A stretch of 35,464 nucleotides of DNA. Source: a virus. Lineage: Duplodnaviria > Caudoviricetes. Positions 26,403-35,158 of this stretch are shown piece after piece. The position numbers and the translations under genes were made by a program. The notes beneath the pieces are model-generated. The model was not told where the DNA came from. It saw only the letters and a list, made by a program, of their open reading frames with translations, and did not search any database. Location: IMG/VR virus record IMGVR_UViG_3300032274_000763, positions 1 to 35,464 of that record. One strand, given 5' to 3'. Each line of letters starts with the position of its first letter. The stretch's first letter is position 1.

Positions 26403-26447
26403 AACCTACGGTGGCGCAGGTGTCAGGTCATCCCTGAACGGTTCATG
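26403..26447 (-). promoter_or_regulatory. Putative activator-dependent late promoter (Plys-like), probably leaderless
   Basis: TGAA-CCG-TTCAGGG, 23-nt spacer, TAGGTT, 7 nt, ATG; no Shine-Dalgarno sequence. Confidence 0.65.
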
Positions 26448-26841
26448 TTTTCCCGTGAAACAACGAGGGTTGACGGCCGTCTTCGGGTTCCGACCCTCGC
26501 ACTTTTGCGCGATGTTTGTAAACCGTGCGTTCGGTGACATCGGCTTCACGAGCGACGGTGGTAACTGTACGCGATCCATCATCAAGGGTTTGAATTCTTC
26601 GCGCATTTTCAAAAATCGGATTGACGAAGAAGCGGGGGATATAGAACCGCGACCCGGCAAAATGAAAAACCAGTTCAGCGGCCATTTCCTTGCCAAGTTT
26701 TTTAGTCAAGGGATGGTTGCGCTTGGCCTTTAACGGCACCTCAACTACCGTGCCGCCGAAATGCTCAACCAGCGCATGAGCCGCCCTGGCGGAAATTTTT
26801 TCGGCGATCTGCTTGAGGCCATATGACGTCGAACTAATCAC
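26443..26841 (-). CDS. Mor/C-family late transcription activator
   Basis: LVEHFGGT.V.VP, F.G.RFYIPR and C-terminal HTH VAREADVTERTVYK; directly before the lysis genes. Confidence 0.85.
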   Translation of the reverse strand: MISSTSYGLKQIAEKISARAAHALVEHFGGTVVEVPLKAKRNHPLTKKLGKEMAAELVFHFAGSRFYIPRFFVNPIFENARRIQTLDDGSRTVTTVAREADVTERTVYKHRAKVRGSEPEDGRQPSLFHGKT

Positions 26842-27143
26842 TGACGCGCTCTCCGCAGGATGGAGTTAGCCAGATCGAAAAGGCCAAAGCGAACGCTCAA
26901 ACCCACACCAACCTGAACGGCGAGCAACCACAAAGCAGAACCGACCAGTCCGATCCCAAGGAGAAAGGTTTGCCACCATGTGTATATTACGATCAGCGCC
27001 GATCCGGGTCGGTATGGCGAGACCAGAAACACGCCGCTCGGTTCAAGATGAAAAAACGGGCGCTCGCGTCCCGTCAGCGCCATGATCTTGAAAAACAGCA
27101 TCGGCGGGCAATCTCTGCCGGTTTTGAATTTCGGCATGGTCAT
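26838..27143 (-). CDS. Hypothetical membrane protein
   Basis: 101 aa with a long hydrophobic C-terminal half; ATGA overlaps on both sides. Confidence 0.6.
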   Translation of the reverse strand: MTMPKFKTGRDCPPMLFFKIMALTGRERPFFHLEPSGVFLVSPYRPGSALIVIYTWWQTFLLGIGLVGSALWLLAVQVGVGLSVRFGLFDLANSILRRARQ

Positions 27144-27457
27144 GTCATGCGGCTTTTGCGTTTTGGGCCGGGATAGGGTCGGTGGGCTTGTGCCGAGGTG
27201 AGAAACGTTACAGCGGATTTGAGGGTCAGGTCATAACAGACGAAAAGTTGTAATTTGCGATAAGGAACCTTGAAAACCGGGCGGTTGGTTTCGCCGGAAC
27301 GGATCAATACGGCACGTCCAGCGTCGATGATACCTTCGATGGTTTTCACATCAGGCATGGCCAGCGCCAAGCCGCACCGCTCCCATGCGCGTCGAATGGC
27401 ATGCCTGCGACAGGCCCGCTCATGAGGGTAGTCAAGAGTTCGCCGGTATTCAGGCAT
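27140..27457 (-). CDS. Hypothetical basic protein with HAxxRxxER motif
   Basis: RHAIRRAWERCG...VCYD......VTFL; ATG at 27457 overlaps the upstream gene end. Confidence 0.65.
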   Translation of the reverse strand: MPEYRRTLDYPHERACRRHAIRRAWERCGLALAMPDVKTIEGIIDAGRAVLIRSGETNRPVFKVPYRKLQLFVCYDLTLKSAVTFLTSAQAHRPYPGPKRKSRMT

Positions 27458-28244
27458 GGGCACCTGCCGGGAACTGACGGCATTTGAGCCATTCGGGAAA
27501 TTCGTCGTAGTTACCACCCTTGGGGTCGGAGATCGGCCACGGTTTGCATTCGTAGGCGGGATTCTGGCCTAGCTGTTTAACGAAGGCGGGAACGCCTCCA
27601 GCTCTACATTGGTCGACTAAAACAGCCAAGCCTTCCAGATGCGTTGGATGGTGCGTTTTGGACCGTCCACCGATCATGACCCAATCGAAAAAAAACGGTC
27701 CTGAAATTAGGAACTGGGTCGCGTTGATCAACTCCATCACGGGTTCCGCAGACCAGATGTATTTTGCCGCTGGTACGTTGAACAAATGCGATGCTTGTTG
27801 ATGGAATAATTTTTTGGTGCCTGCCGAAAATCCGAGCCACACATGGTTCCAGCCATTGCCCCAGTCATCGGGTAACATGCCGGGAATATTTTGGGCTTGT
27901 TTGGTCAGAATGATGATGACAACGCGGTCGCATTCGCGGATCACGTCCCATGCACGGGCACGCCGGTCCGGGTCGACATCGATGTCGAAGAAATCAGACA
28001 TTGAATTAATGAACACGATGGGCCGGGGACCGGAGACCGGGGCCATTCGATTGGCCTTGCGCAGTTCTGCAGGGCCGCCCTTTACCTCAAGACGGGGGCG
28101 ATGACGCCCCCAGTACTTCAGCCCGTTAAAACGACGATCATGCTTGAGCGCATAACAGTCGGAACATTCGGCGGATTGCGGCGTGCAGCCGATCCAGAAA
28201 TTGACCGTATGGGTCGCCCATTCGATGCCGGTGAACAGTGTCAT
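27450..28244 (-). CDS. DUF5131 (phage Gp37/Gp68) radical-SAM-like protein
   Basis: IEWATHTVNFWIGC-x6-C-x2-CYA, FINSMSDFF, ILTK, SAEP, DWVMIGG, GVPAFVKQLG motifs. Confidence 0.9.
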   Translation of the reverse strand: MTLFTGIEWATHTVNFWIGCTPQSAECSDCYALKHDRRFNGLKYWGRHRPRLEVKGGPAELRKANRMAPVSGPRPIVFINSMSDFFDIDVDPDRRARAWDVIRECDRVVIIILTKQAQNIPGMLPDDWGNGWNHVWLGFSAGTKKLFHQQASHLFNVPAAKYIWSAEPVMELINATQFLISGPFFFDWVMIGGRSKTHHPTHLEGLAVLVDQCRAGGVPAFVKQLGQNPAYECKPWPISDPKGGNYDEFPEWLKCRQFPAGAHA

Positions 28245-28516
28245 CAAGCGTCACCTCCGATGCGATACCTTTTGTCTTTCGGGAGCGTGACGCGGTAAAT
28301 GTAGGTGCCCGGTAAAGACCTACTTTGAGTGAGGTAGACCCGCTTGCACCGCGCATATTGCATCAACAGTTTTGCCACTGATCGCTTGACGGGCGCGACC
28401 GGGGACAGAAGATTTCCGACGTGATAAACAGCGGTTTCTCCGAGTTCGCCGGATTTCAGAAAGTCGAGCGCGTCGCTCGGCGTGGACAGGTGTTTGAGGG
28501 GTGGGTTCATTGTCAA
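28244..28516 (-). CDS. Hypothetical protein
   Basis: 90 aa; YHVGNL and VYLTQSR; stop abuts the next start. Confidence 0.65.
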   Translation of the reverse strand: MTMNPPLKHLSTPSDALDFLKSGELGETAVYHVGNLLSPVAPVKRSVAKLLMQYARCKRVYLTQSRSLPGTYIYRVTLPKDKRYRIGGDA

Positions 28517-28524
28517 TCTCGCAT

Positions 28525-28758
28525 CTAGGCTTCGAGGGCGTAGTCGACCATCTCAAGCGCCATCACTTCCGAAGTGTCCACCGCATGGATTTCAAGAGCG
28601 GTTTTTGCGTTTGTCAGGGACATTCCGTCTCTGAACTGATACGGCCCCCAGTTAACATCCACGCCCTTTTCCATCATTACGGATCGGGCAAAATCCAACG
28701 CCTCTTCCACTGTGGGTTTTGGCTTTTTGCGGACGAAATCACGTATTGAATTTGTCAT
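28525..28758 (-). CDS. Hypothetical protein
   Basis: 77 aa; fits operon packing; AGGGAAG RBS. Confidence 0.6.
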   Translation of the reverse strand: MTNSIRDFVRKKPKPTVEEALDFARSVMMEKGVDVNWGPYQFRDGMSLTNAKTALEIHAVDTSEVMALEMVDYALEA

Positions 28759-29482
28759 TAGCTTCCCTTTTCCTTCCGGCGTAATTCAAAAATCCTGCAT
28801 TCGTTTCTGTACAGGCGTCCGTCCTCTTCAACGCACCCCTGAGCCAGCGGCCAAGAAGGCGCTGGGCTTCGTCCAGGTGCTTGACTTCGAACTGGTGTAG
28901 GGCGCGGTCATTGGGGATGATGTTGCGGCCCTTGGCCCACTGAATGAGTGCCGCTTCACTGGCGATACGGATGGTCCCCAAATCGTTAAGGCGGCTCCAC
29001 TGGGCCTGGACTACTCGAATTCGATCAGACAGGTATTTTGGGAGCTTGTTATGTCCCCTGTCGGTGGCAATTTTGATTTCAGACCAGTCGACGCCACATT
29101 CACGCTCGGCGATGGCCTTGAGCGCTTCAATCACCTGACGCGCCTGACTGTCATCGATCCATGTCAACAGGTCGATGCCGGTTTGACGTTTAACAAAGGC
29201 GTTCTGCACTTCCTTGGCGGGGCTTTCGGCCCATCCGAGGTTCCACAGCGAAAACCACAACGCTCGGATTTTTGCGTGGGTCTGACGGCTTGTGCCTCGC
29301 CCCTTGTTGCCGTTGAGATCGCTGATGATTGATTTCAGTTGCGCGTCGCTACACTTGGCAGCCGACCGGTGACCGGTTAACTGTTCCATGTGATCGCGGC
29401 GGCTGTCTTCGTCGAGACCTCGGGCCTTGGCTGTGGCGTGCACAGCGCCAAGCAGTTTTCGTCGTTGGGGACTTACAGCCAT
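28739..29482 (-). CDS. gemA: GemA / Mu gp16 (DUF1018) family protein
   Basis: VHATAKARGLDEDSRR...TGHRSA, KIRALW..L, AFVKRQTG, VIEALKA motifs. Confidence 0.85.
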   Translation of the reverse strand: MAVSPQRRKLLGAVHATAKARGLDEDSRRDHMEQLTGHRSAAKCSDAQLKSIISDLNGNKGRGTSRQTHAKIRALWFSLWNLGWAESPAKEVQNAFVKRQTGIDLLTWIDDSQARQVIEALKAIAERECGVDWSEIKIATDRGHNKLPKYLSDRIRVVQAQWSRLNDLGTIRIASEAALIQWAKGRNIIPNDRALHQFEVKHLDEAQRLLGRWLRGALKRTDACTETNAGFLNYAGRKREANDKFNT

Positions 29483-29485
29483 GGT

Positions 29486-29740
29486 CTATCCTTCCAGATC
29501 GGCGCGATAGCCAGGTTGTTTGCGGGCCTCTTCGTCGGCGGCGTCAGCGGCTGACACCAATGTGCTCGGCGGCGGTGATGTAAATTCGGCATCCAGAACC
29601 CGATTCGCATCCGCGAGCGCTTGCACAACCTCTTTGCGTTGCGCAGGTCGGCGAAGACGAGAGACCACGCCTGCAGTGACAACAGTGAGATTTTGCAATG
29701 CGATTCGTAAATCTTGCGTCGTGGCTGTTGCGGGTTGCAT
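29486..29740 (-). CDS. Hypothetical protein
   Basis: 84 aa; AAGGAG upstream; stop 3 nt before gemA. Confidence 0.6.
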   Translation of the reverse strand: MQPATATTQDLRIALQNLTVVTAGVVSRLRRPAQRKEVVQALADANRVLDAEFTSPPPSTLVSAADAADEEARKQPGYRADLEG

Positions 29741-29776
29741 TGTCGATCATCTCCTTTTCCTGTGTTGAAACTGGAT

Positions 29777-29852
29777 GCCCCCGGCGAAGGTCGGGCAAAC
29801 GATTTCGCCGGGGGCCAACCGGACAGGTCACGAATGACCGTGACCTGTCCGG
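29777..29852. repeat. Two tandem perfect inverted repeats (12 bp and 14 bp)
   Basis: GCCCCCGGCGAA/TTCGCCGGGGGC and CCGGACAGGTCACG/CGTGACCTGTCCGG directly downstream of gam. Confidence 0.85.
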
Positions 29853-29875
29853 CTGTGGGCTCTATCAGTTGCCGT

Positions 29876-30388
29876 TCAGTCGTCACCTCCGCCAGTTGTC
29901 GGCGTATCGCCAGTAACAGGGCGGATATTGACGGTTTCTTTCTGTATGAAGGCGAGACCCTCAATTCCTTGCGCCTTGTCGGTGACCTTTTTCAGCGCCG
30001 TCTTGTCGACAGATGATTTGGTGATAACGCACTGATTGAGGCGACGTTCACGAAGGGTCTTGATGATGCTGTCCAACCGGTCACCATCAACCTGAACCGT
30101 CAATGCGCCTTTCCTGAATTCGATCTCACCGGCCCGGAGTTTGGCGGTCTTGGTACCTTCCGGGCAGATGGTGTCACGATTTTCAGTGGCCCATTGTTCG
30201 AGGCCAGCTTCAGCAGCCGCCAGCTCGGCTTTGGCTTTTTCGATTTTCGGGTTGTGTGCGTTTGCGATTTTTTGCATTTCGGTATCGCGGCCTGCTTCCA
30301 AGGTGTCCAGCCTTGCCCGCAGTTTGCCGACCTTGGTCATGGCCCGATTGGCTTCCTGCGTCGTTTCGATGGGTGTGGTCTCCGTCAT
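29876..30388 (-). CDS. gam: Mu Gam host-nuclease inhibitor / DNA end-binding protein
   Basis: Coiled coil, WATENR, KTAKLRAGEIEFR, VDKTAL, IEGL; AAGGAG RBS before MTETT. Confidence 0.88.
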   Translation of the reverse strand: MTETTPIETTQEANRAMTKVGKLRARLDTLEAGRDTEMQKIANAHNPKIEKAKAELAAAEAGLEQWATENRDTICPEGTKTAKLRAGEIEFRKGALTVQVDGDRLDSIIKTLRERRLNQCVITKSSVDKTALKKVTDKAQGIEGLAFIQKETVNIRPVTGDTPTTGGGDD

Positions 30389-30513
30389 TGGGTTCTCCTT
30401 TGCTGATGACGGTTTCTGAGAACGGCCAAAAAGGCCGCGACCACGCCGAGGGGAATTGAAATCAGATAGCGGATATAGTTCCGCAGGCGAATTTGACGGC
30501 GGCGGCGTGTCAT
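30385..30513 (-). CDS. Small single-pass membrane peptide (42 aa), not in the ORF track
   Basis: Hand translation MTRRRRQIRLRNYIRYLISIPLGVVAAFLAVLRNRHQQRRTQ; ATGA overlaps at both ends. Confidence 0.7.
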   Translation of the reverse strand: MTRRRRQIRLRNYIRYLISIPLGVVAAFLAVLRNRHQQRRTQ

Positions 30514-30911
30514 GCCGCACCTCCGATCCGGTCATTTGCCGGTTCAGTGTTAAGTGTCAGCCAGCCCTCCAGATCGGGGCCGAGATAGGCGATGACCGTG
30601 GCGGCTAGCGCCTTGGCCGTGGCGGCGTCACTGAACGGGAAAATCCGGTGCGCGGGCCTGCCCTCCGGATCAACGATGGCCTCACTGGCGATGGTAATGG
30701 CCTGTTCGATGGATGTGGGCGCGACGATGGCCTCGTAGAGATTTTCGTCGCGGACAGAGATGCGAAAAACCCCAACCCAAGTCGTCTCTTCAGTATCTTT
30801 CATGATCACGAGCCATGCGTCTTTTGGCAGGTGGCGATAGGCCATCACCTGGGCGACGTGTTCAGAGTGGCCATCATGCCAGCGAATTGATCCTGATGGT
30901 TGACGTTTCAT
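30510..30911 (-). CDS. Hypothetical protein
   Basis: 133 aa from MKRQPSG; ATGA overlap with the upstream gene. Confidence 0.65.
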   Translation of the reverse strand: MKRQPSGSIRWHDGHSEHVAQVMAYRHLPKDAWLVIMKDTEETTWVGVFRISVRDENLYEAIVAPTSIEQAITIASEAIVDPEGRPAHRIFPFSDAATAKALAATVIAYLGPDLEGWLTLNTEPANDRIGGAA

Positions 30912-31231
30912 TCCGCCGCCTCCAGATTGGAATTGGCCGGGCAGGCCGAACAGGCCCGCCAATGGCGAAGGGCGCGGGGATCGGAAAGTGGCATGGCGCG
31001 CCCCGAGAAAATGTTGCATTCATCAGGCGTGATATCTGATTTCAGATGCGGGCAGACGATACGGTTAGCCAGTCTGGCCAGCACGGCGGCGGCAATCTTG
31101 TCTGTTTTTCCGGGATACTTTCCGAGCAATACGAGGCGCACGGACGATCCTTTGTATCCGATCATCTTGCCGACTAGTTCAGATGATCCAAGCTCATCAC
31201 GCTTGGTGCGCAGGATTCCTAACCAATCCAT
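30908..31231 (-). CDS. Cro-like HTH protein with Cys-rich C-terminus
   Basis: VGKMIGYKGSSVRLVLLGKYPG HTH; CPHL...C...WRACSACP. Confidence 0.75.
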   Translation of the reverse strand: MDWLGILRTKRDELGSSELVGKMIGYKGSSVRLVLLGKYPGKTDKIAAAVLARLANRIVCPHLKSDITPDECNIFSGRAMPLSDPRALRHWRACSACPANSNLEAAE

Positions 31232-31803
31232 GGGTGCGCCTCGCCGGTGTTCGGGTCATAGACTTCTGACTTGCTGGGGCGCAACATCGGCGCTTCGGGG
31301 CCGCTGTTACGGATCAACGCAAACCGCTTCAGGTTGTTCGACGTCAGGGAGTTCCCCTTGACGCCGCGCAGGTTTCGAAAATACCCTGCCCGATCCAGCC
31401 CCCGGACGTATCGGCGGGCGTTGTTATAGGCGTCCTTTTCCTCTCCGCGTGCGGCGTTCGAGACCAGATCGCTAATGGTGAATTTCCCCAGCACCCTCAT
31501 GGCGTTCCACAGGCGTTTCCTGAGGGTCGAGTTCCTGTTTGGTTTCCGCACACCGGTGTGCGGGCCTATCGGCCCCGAGGTGATTTTACGACCTTCTGCC
31601 AAGGCAGTTTTCCCCTCGCCTGTAAGGCGAAAACAGCCAATCTCGGCGCGTTCCAGATATCCGCGCGTTATCAGTCGCGTGGCGACCAGTGAAACGATGT
31701 GACGTGTGGTTTGCATGGCGTCGGCCAAGACATCAATGGTCAGGCATTGATCGGGGCCGACCTCTTTAAGGAGCCGGATTTGCAGGTCGCCGGGTTTGGG
31801 CAT
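31219..31803 (-). CDS. Tandem winged-helix DNA-binding protein
   Basis: LITRGYLER...RLTGEG and RLWNAMR...FTISDL...L.RAGY...NSGPEAP...VYDPN; follows MuB. Confidence 0.75.
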   Translation of the reverse strand: MPKPGDLQIRLLKEVGPDQCLTIDVLADAMQTTRHIVSLVATRLITRGYLERAEIGCFRLTGEGKTALAEGRKITSGPIGPHTGVRKPNRNSTLRKRLWNAMRVLGKFTISDLVSNAARGEEKDAYNNARRYVRGLDRAGYFRNLRGVKGNSLTSNNLKRFALIRNSGPEAPMLRPSKSEVYDPNTGEAHPWIG

Positions 31804-32561
31804 CAGAGGCCCCGTACCTTAACCGGCGCGCCATCGCGACGGTTATAGAACAGCACCTCGCCAGCCATATCGGTGATGCCCACCGGTTTGGCGTTGCGCT
31901 TGCCAAACCGTTCAATGTTTTTGAGGGCATCCTTGATTTCGCGGATATGCCCGCCAGCAACGTCGTGCAGCAACTGGATCAGGTCATCTCTGACTTCGAC
32001 CTCGCAGAGATCGGCGACCATGGCAGCAACATCCTTCCGCGTCGCCGCCTGAAATTCAACGTATTGGCCGACGCGGCTGGCGATCTGCGGAAACCGGGTG
32101 AACTTGTGACGAACCCGGTCCATGCCAACGAAGATGAAAGGAATTTCCAGCATGTCAGAGAGGTCGCGAAGCGTTTCCAGCAATCTGGCGGAACGGGCGA
32201 TGTGGTCAATCTCATCGACAATCACAGCGAACATTTCGCCATTACTTTGGGCGTTGTGAGCCCGTTGGCTCAGAACTTCCAGCGCCTGTTTGTACATTTT
32301 CTCGAACGACCATTCGGGGGGTTCCGTGGTGATGTTTTGAATAAGCTCCCGCATCATCCAACCGGGTTTCCATTCTTTCTTAGCGCGGAGATAAACACAG
32401 CGTTCCTGTATGGAGAACCACTTGGCTAAACCAGTTTTTCCAACGCCCGGATCGCCATCAATGACCATCAAGCAGGCTTCTTCCGCACCACGATCTTCCA
32501 GGACCGAAAGTGCAGTCAAAAATCGTTTGGTATTTTCTGTTTTCACAAAGACGTCTCGCAT
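31803..32561 (-). CDS. MuB-like AAA+ transposition ATPase
   Basis: FVKTEN, Walker A GDPGVGKT, Walker B VIVDEID, LRDLSD, QIASR. Confidence 0.93.
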   Translation of the reverse strand: MRDVFVKTENTKRFLTALSVLEDRGAEEACLMVIDGDPGVGKTGLAKWFSIQERCVYLRAKKEWKPGWMMRELIQNITTEPPEWSFEKMYKQALEVLSQRAHNAQSNGEMFAVIVDEIDHIARSARLLETLRDLSDMLEIPFIFVGMDRVRHKFTRFPQIASRVGQYVEFQAATRKDVAAMVADLCEVEVRDDLIQLLHDVAGGHIREIKDALKNIERFGKRNAKPVGITDMAGEVLFYNRRDGAPVKVRGL

Positions 32562-34666
32562 TACGCCGCTCCTTTTCTTGCCACATCTGAGAGTTGGGGA
32601 ATGTCCACCCCTTCCGTTTCAAGCAGGATTCGGAAGGGTCTTGTATTCATTAATTCACTGAGGAGTTGGTAATCTTCTCTGGTCAACGCGGTGGGGTTTG
32701 CTTCTGCCCACACAGCAAATTCCAGATCATCATGAAATACCGGTCGCCCGTTAATCGACGTGACAGAGGACACCGGCTCTAACGGGTTCTCCAGTTTCTC
32801 GAACATGGCGTCGGCCATCGCCGATTCCGTCTCTGTCATTGGTGTCTCGCCACCCATTTCAATCAATGGATTGGAGTGCCGTTCGGCCAAGGCCTCGGCT
32901 TTGTGCACATCAAGACGTTTGATCCGGCCAGCCAACCGTTTGTCGCGGGCCTGTTCAGCAACACTGACGGGATAATAACTTTGGCGATTTCCGCCCCATT
33001 CGGCAGTACAGATCAGACGGCCCTCGCAGATTTCGTCGGCATTTCGGATCAGTTCACGAACCCACACCTTCGATGCATCGTGTACGTCATACCCAACCAT
33101 GACCTCTTCACCATGGAAGGCCTCCAACGCATTGCCGCCGAAATATTCGTTGCCGAACAGCGATACGAGGGCGCGATTGGTTTTGCGGATTTCGTAGGGC
33201 CGGAACATGTCATCGGCCTGGGCTTCGGTAACCGGATCGGGTTGCCAACCTTCGTCGATGCTTTTTTGCCAAACTTCGTTAGGCGTCATATAGCGACGCT
33301 TGAAGGTAACGGCGTCGCGGATGCGCGGAAGGCTGCTATGCGGGCGGTCGTTATAGGTGTCTGTTACAGATTGAACGTACTCAAGAAATTCTGGCCAGCC
33401 CAACAACAGTTTTGAGCTTCCAAACCGCCTCATATCGGCACGGGTGATTTTGAACGCTTTTTGCTTCGCCTCGGCGTCCATATCCTTGCCCATATAGGTA
33501 GGCAGTTCCCTGGCCGCTTTGGTCATGGTTTGATGCCAGCGCTCAATAACGCCACGGGCCTGAGACCCATAGGCAAGAGAGTTTTTGCAGGTGACTGACC
33601 ATCGGGCCATGAAGCCAATCAACGGTGCCCGCATGACCTTGTTTTTGAAACCCGAACCATTGTCCGTGTACCAGATGTCGCATAGTGACGACGTCATGAA
33701 CGAATGCCGCGCGGCATCCAGAACCGTCCAGGTGCTTTCCGCCAGCCCCGCCGACCAGCCGACGATACGACGGGTGTAAACGTCAATAACCGGGGTGACT
33801 TCCGGGCGGAAGGGACCACCATGGATTGGGTGTTGAACTTCCGCCTTGAAGGTATGACCATCGGAGGCGTAGACCGCGCCGGGCCAGAGTTCCGACACGT
33901 CGCGTTTTACGTAGGCCTTCAGGCTTTTCAGATCGCGTGGTCCCATGCGCCCGGTGTGGCGGGTTACGGCGGTGAGGGACTTGAGAAAGCGACGTGCGGC
34001 GTCGTAACTGGGCCGTTCCAAACCCTTGGGTAAACTTTTGGGAAGCTTTTCCATAACGGCTGCGAGAGACGGTTTCCTCGGGTCGCCGTAGAGTGACAAT
34101 AGGGGGTCGGCCCAGTCCGGGATGGTCAGCCCCGGATTGCCGTCATTCGGCGCAAGACCTGCCACGCCTTGGGTATTTTGGGCTTTGATCCAGTTATAAA
34201 CGGTGGCGCGGGAGAGTTTCAGTTTGCCCCCGGCGCGGCCATTGGCAGCCAAAATCAGTTGTTCCAGATGCTCGGGTAGATTGCCGTTCTTGATCATTTC
34301 AAGAAGCCTGGAAATTGCCTTCCCCTGCGTAATTCCAGCTTCAAGAACCCAACTGTTTATAGTTCGCAGGACGCCTGCCCGCCCGTCCACAACAGAGCGT
34401 TGCCAATGCTTGAGATCAGAGGTGTTTTGTGGGATCAGGGGTGTGACGGAAATTGCGTCGGCGGGTGAGTGTAGGGATGAACACATTTTTTCAAGATAGA
34501 TACTCTGAATATCAACAGGAAGTTCAGTCAGTTTGTAAAAACGTTGGGCACCACCCCGACCTTTCTTTTCTCGATAGGGCCATTTATTTTTCTTTGCACA
34601 AATTCTGACTGCTCGTGGTGTCACACCGCGCAGTCGGGCAATTTGGAATGCGGCCAGTTCCACCAT
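32561..34666 (-). CDS. MuA-like DDE transposase
   Basis: N-terminal Mu DNA-binding domain (W.YR...GRGG), catalytic ASDGH / TDNGSGF / GVIERW, YNDRPHSSL, VGYDVHD. Confidence 0.95.
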   Translation of the reverse strand: MVELAAFQIARLRGVTPRAVRICAKKNKWPYREKKGRGGAQRFYKLTELPVDIQSIYLEKMCSSLHSPADAISVTPLIPQNTSDLKHWQRSVVDGRAGVLRTINSWVLEAGITQGKAISRLLEMIKNGNLPEHLEQLILAANGRAGGKLKLSRATVYNWIKAQNTQGVAGLAPNDGNPGLTIPDWADPLLSLYGDPRKPSLAAVMEKLPKSLPKGLERPSYDAARRFLKSLTAVTRHTGRMGPRDLKSLKAYVKRDVSELWPGAVYASDGHTFKAEVQHPIHGGPFRPEVTPVIDVYTRRIVGWSAGLAESTWTVLDAARHSFMTSSLCDIWYTDNGSGFKNKVMRAPLIGFMARWSVTCKNSLAYGSQARGVIERWHQTMTKAARELPTYMGKDMDAEAKQKAFKITRADMRRFGSSKLLLGWPEFLEYVQSVTDTYNDRPHSSLPRIRDAVTFKRRYMTPNEVWQKSIDEGWQPDPVTEAQADDMFRPYEIRKTNRALVSLFGNEYFGGNALEAFHGEEVMVGYDVHDASKVWVRELIRNADEICEGRLICTAEWGGNRQSYYPVSVAEQARDKRLAGRIKRLDVHKAEALAERHSNPLIEMGGETPMTETESAMADAMFEKLENPLEPVSSVTSINGRPVFHDDLEFAVWAEANPTALTREDYQLLSELMNTRPFRILLETEGVDIPQLSDVARKGAA

Positions 34667-35154
34667 CAGTGATGTCCCTGTTTCATAAGCGGAAGGTCGG
34701 CAATCAGTTCTTTTATTTGTTCATCGGCGAAATGTTGAATGGCGATCATCTGGCCAATCCGGGCCATCTGAAGTTGCTCGGTCCCTGCAATCCGACAACC
34801 CGCTCTTTGGGCAAACCAGTCCAAGAAATTCGAGCCCAAAATTACAGTCAATGATGCAATAAAGTGCGCAGGCACATCACTTGGATGGCTGTCCTTTGTC
34901 CACATGTCCAAATTGTCTTTGGAAATTTTGATGCCGGTTGTGGCGCTCAACATCTCAGCGATTAATTCACGGGATTTGCCTGATTGCTTGATCGATGATG
35001 TTAACCATTGCCGTGTGGCCTTACGGCAATCCAGCCTGCTGGTTGTTGTTCTTTCGGGTTTTTGGGGAACCTCAGTTAATTCAATCCCGGCCATCCTCGC
35101 AAACAGGTTCAACTGATTTGGGTGAGGTGTTGTTTTTGACGTTCTTTTCGCCAT
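34666..35154 (-). CDS. Hypothetical early regulatory protein (HTH-like)
   Basis: SGKSRELIAEMLS...ISKDNLDMWT; between ner and transposase; start may extend to 35211. Confidence 0.65.
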   Translation of the reverse strand: MAKRTSKTTPHPNQLNLFARMAGIELTEVPQKPERTTTSRLDCRKATRQWLTSSIKQSGKSRELIAEMLSATTGIKISKDNLDMWTKDSHPSDVPAHFIASLTVILGSNFLDWFAQRAGCRIAGTEQLQMARIGQMIAIQHFADEQIKELIADLPLMKQGHH

Positions 35155-35158
35155 CGTG

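Noticed and set aside
7148-30535. Long N-terminal extensions in the ORF track for sheath (8803), terminase (23928), lipoprotein (26058) and gam (30535)
   Set aside because: They overlap upstream genes; downstream starts have RBSs or stop/start overlaps and family-typical N-termini
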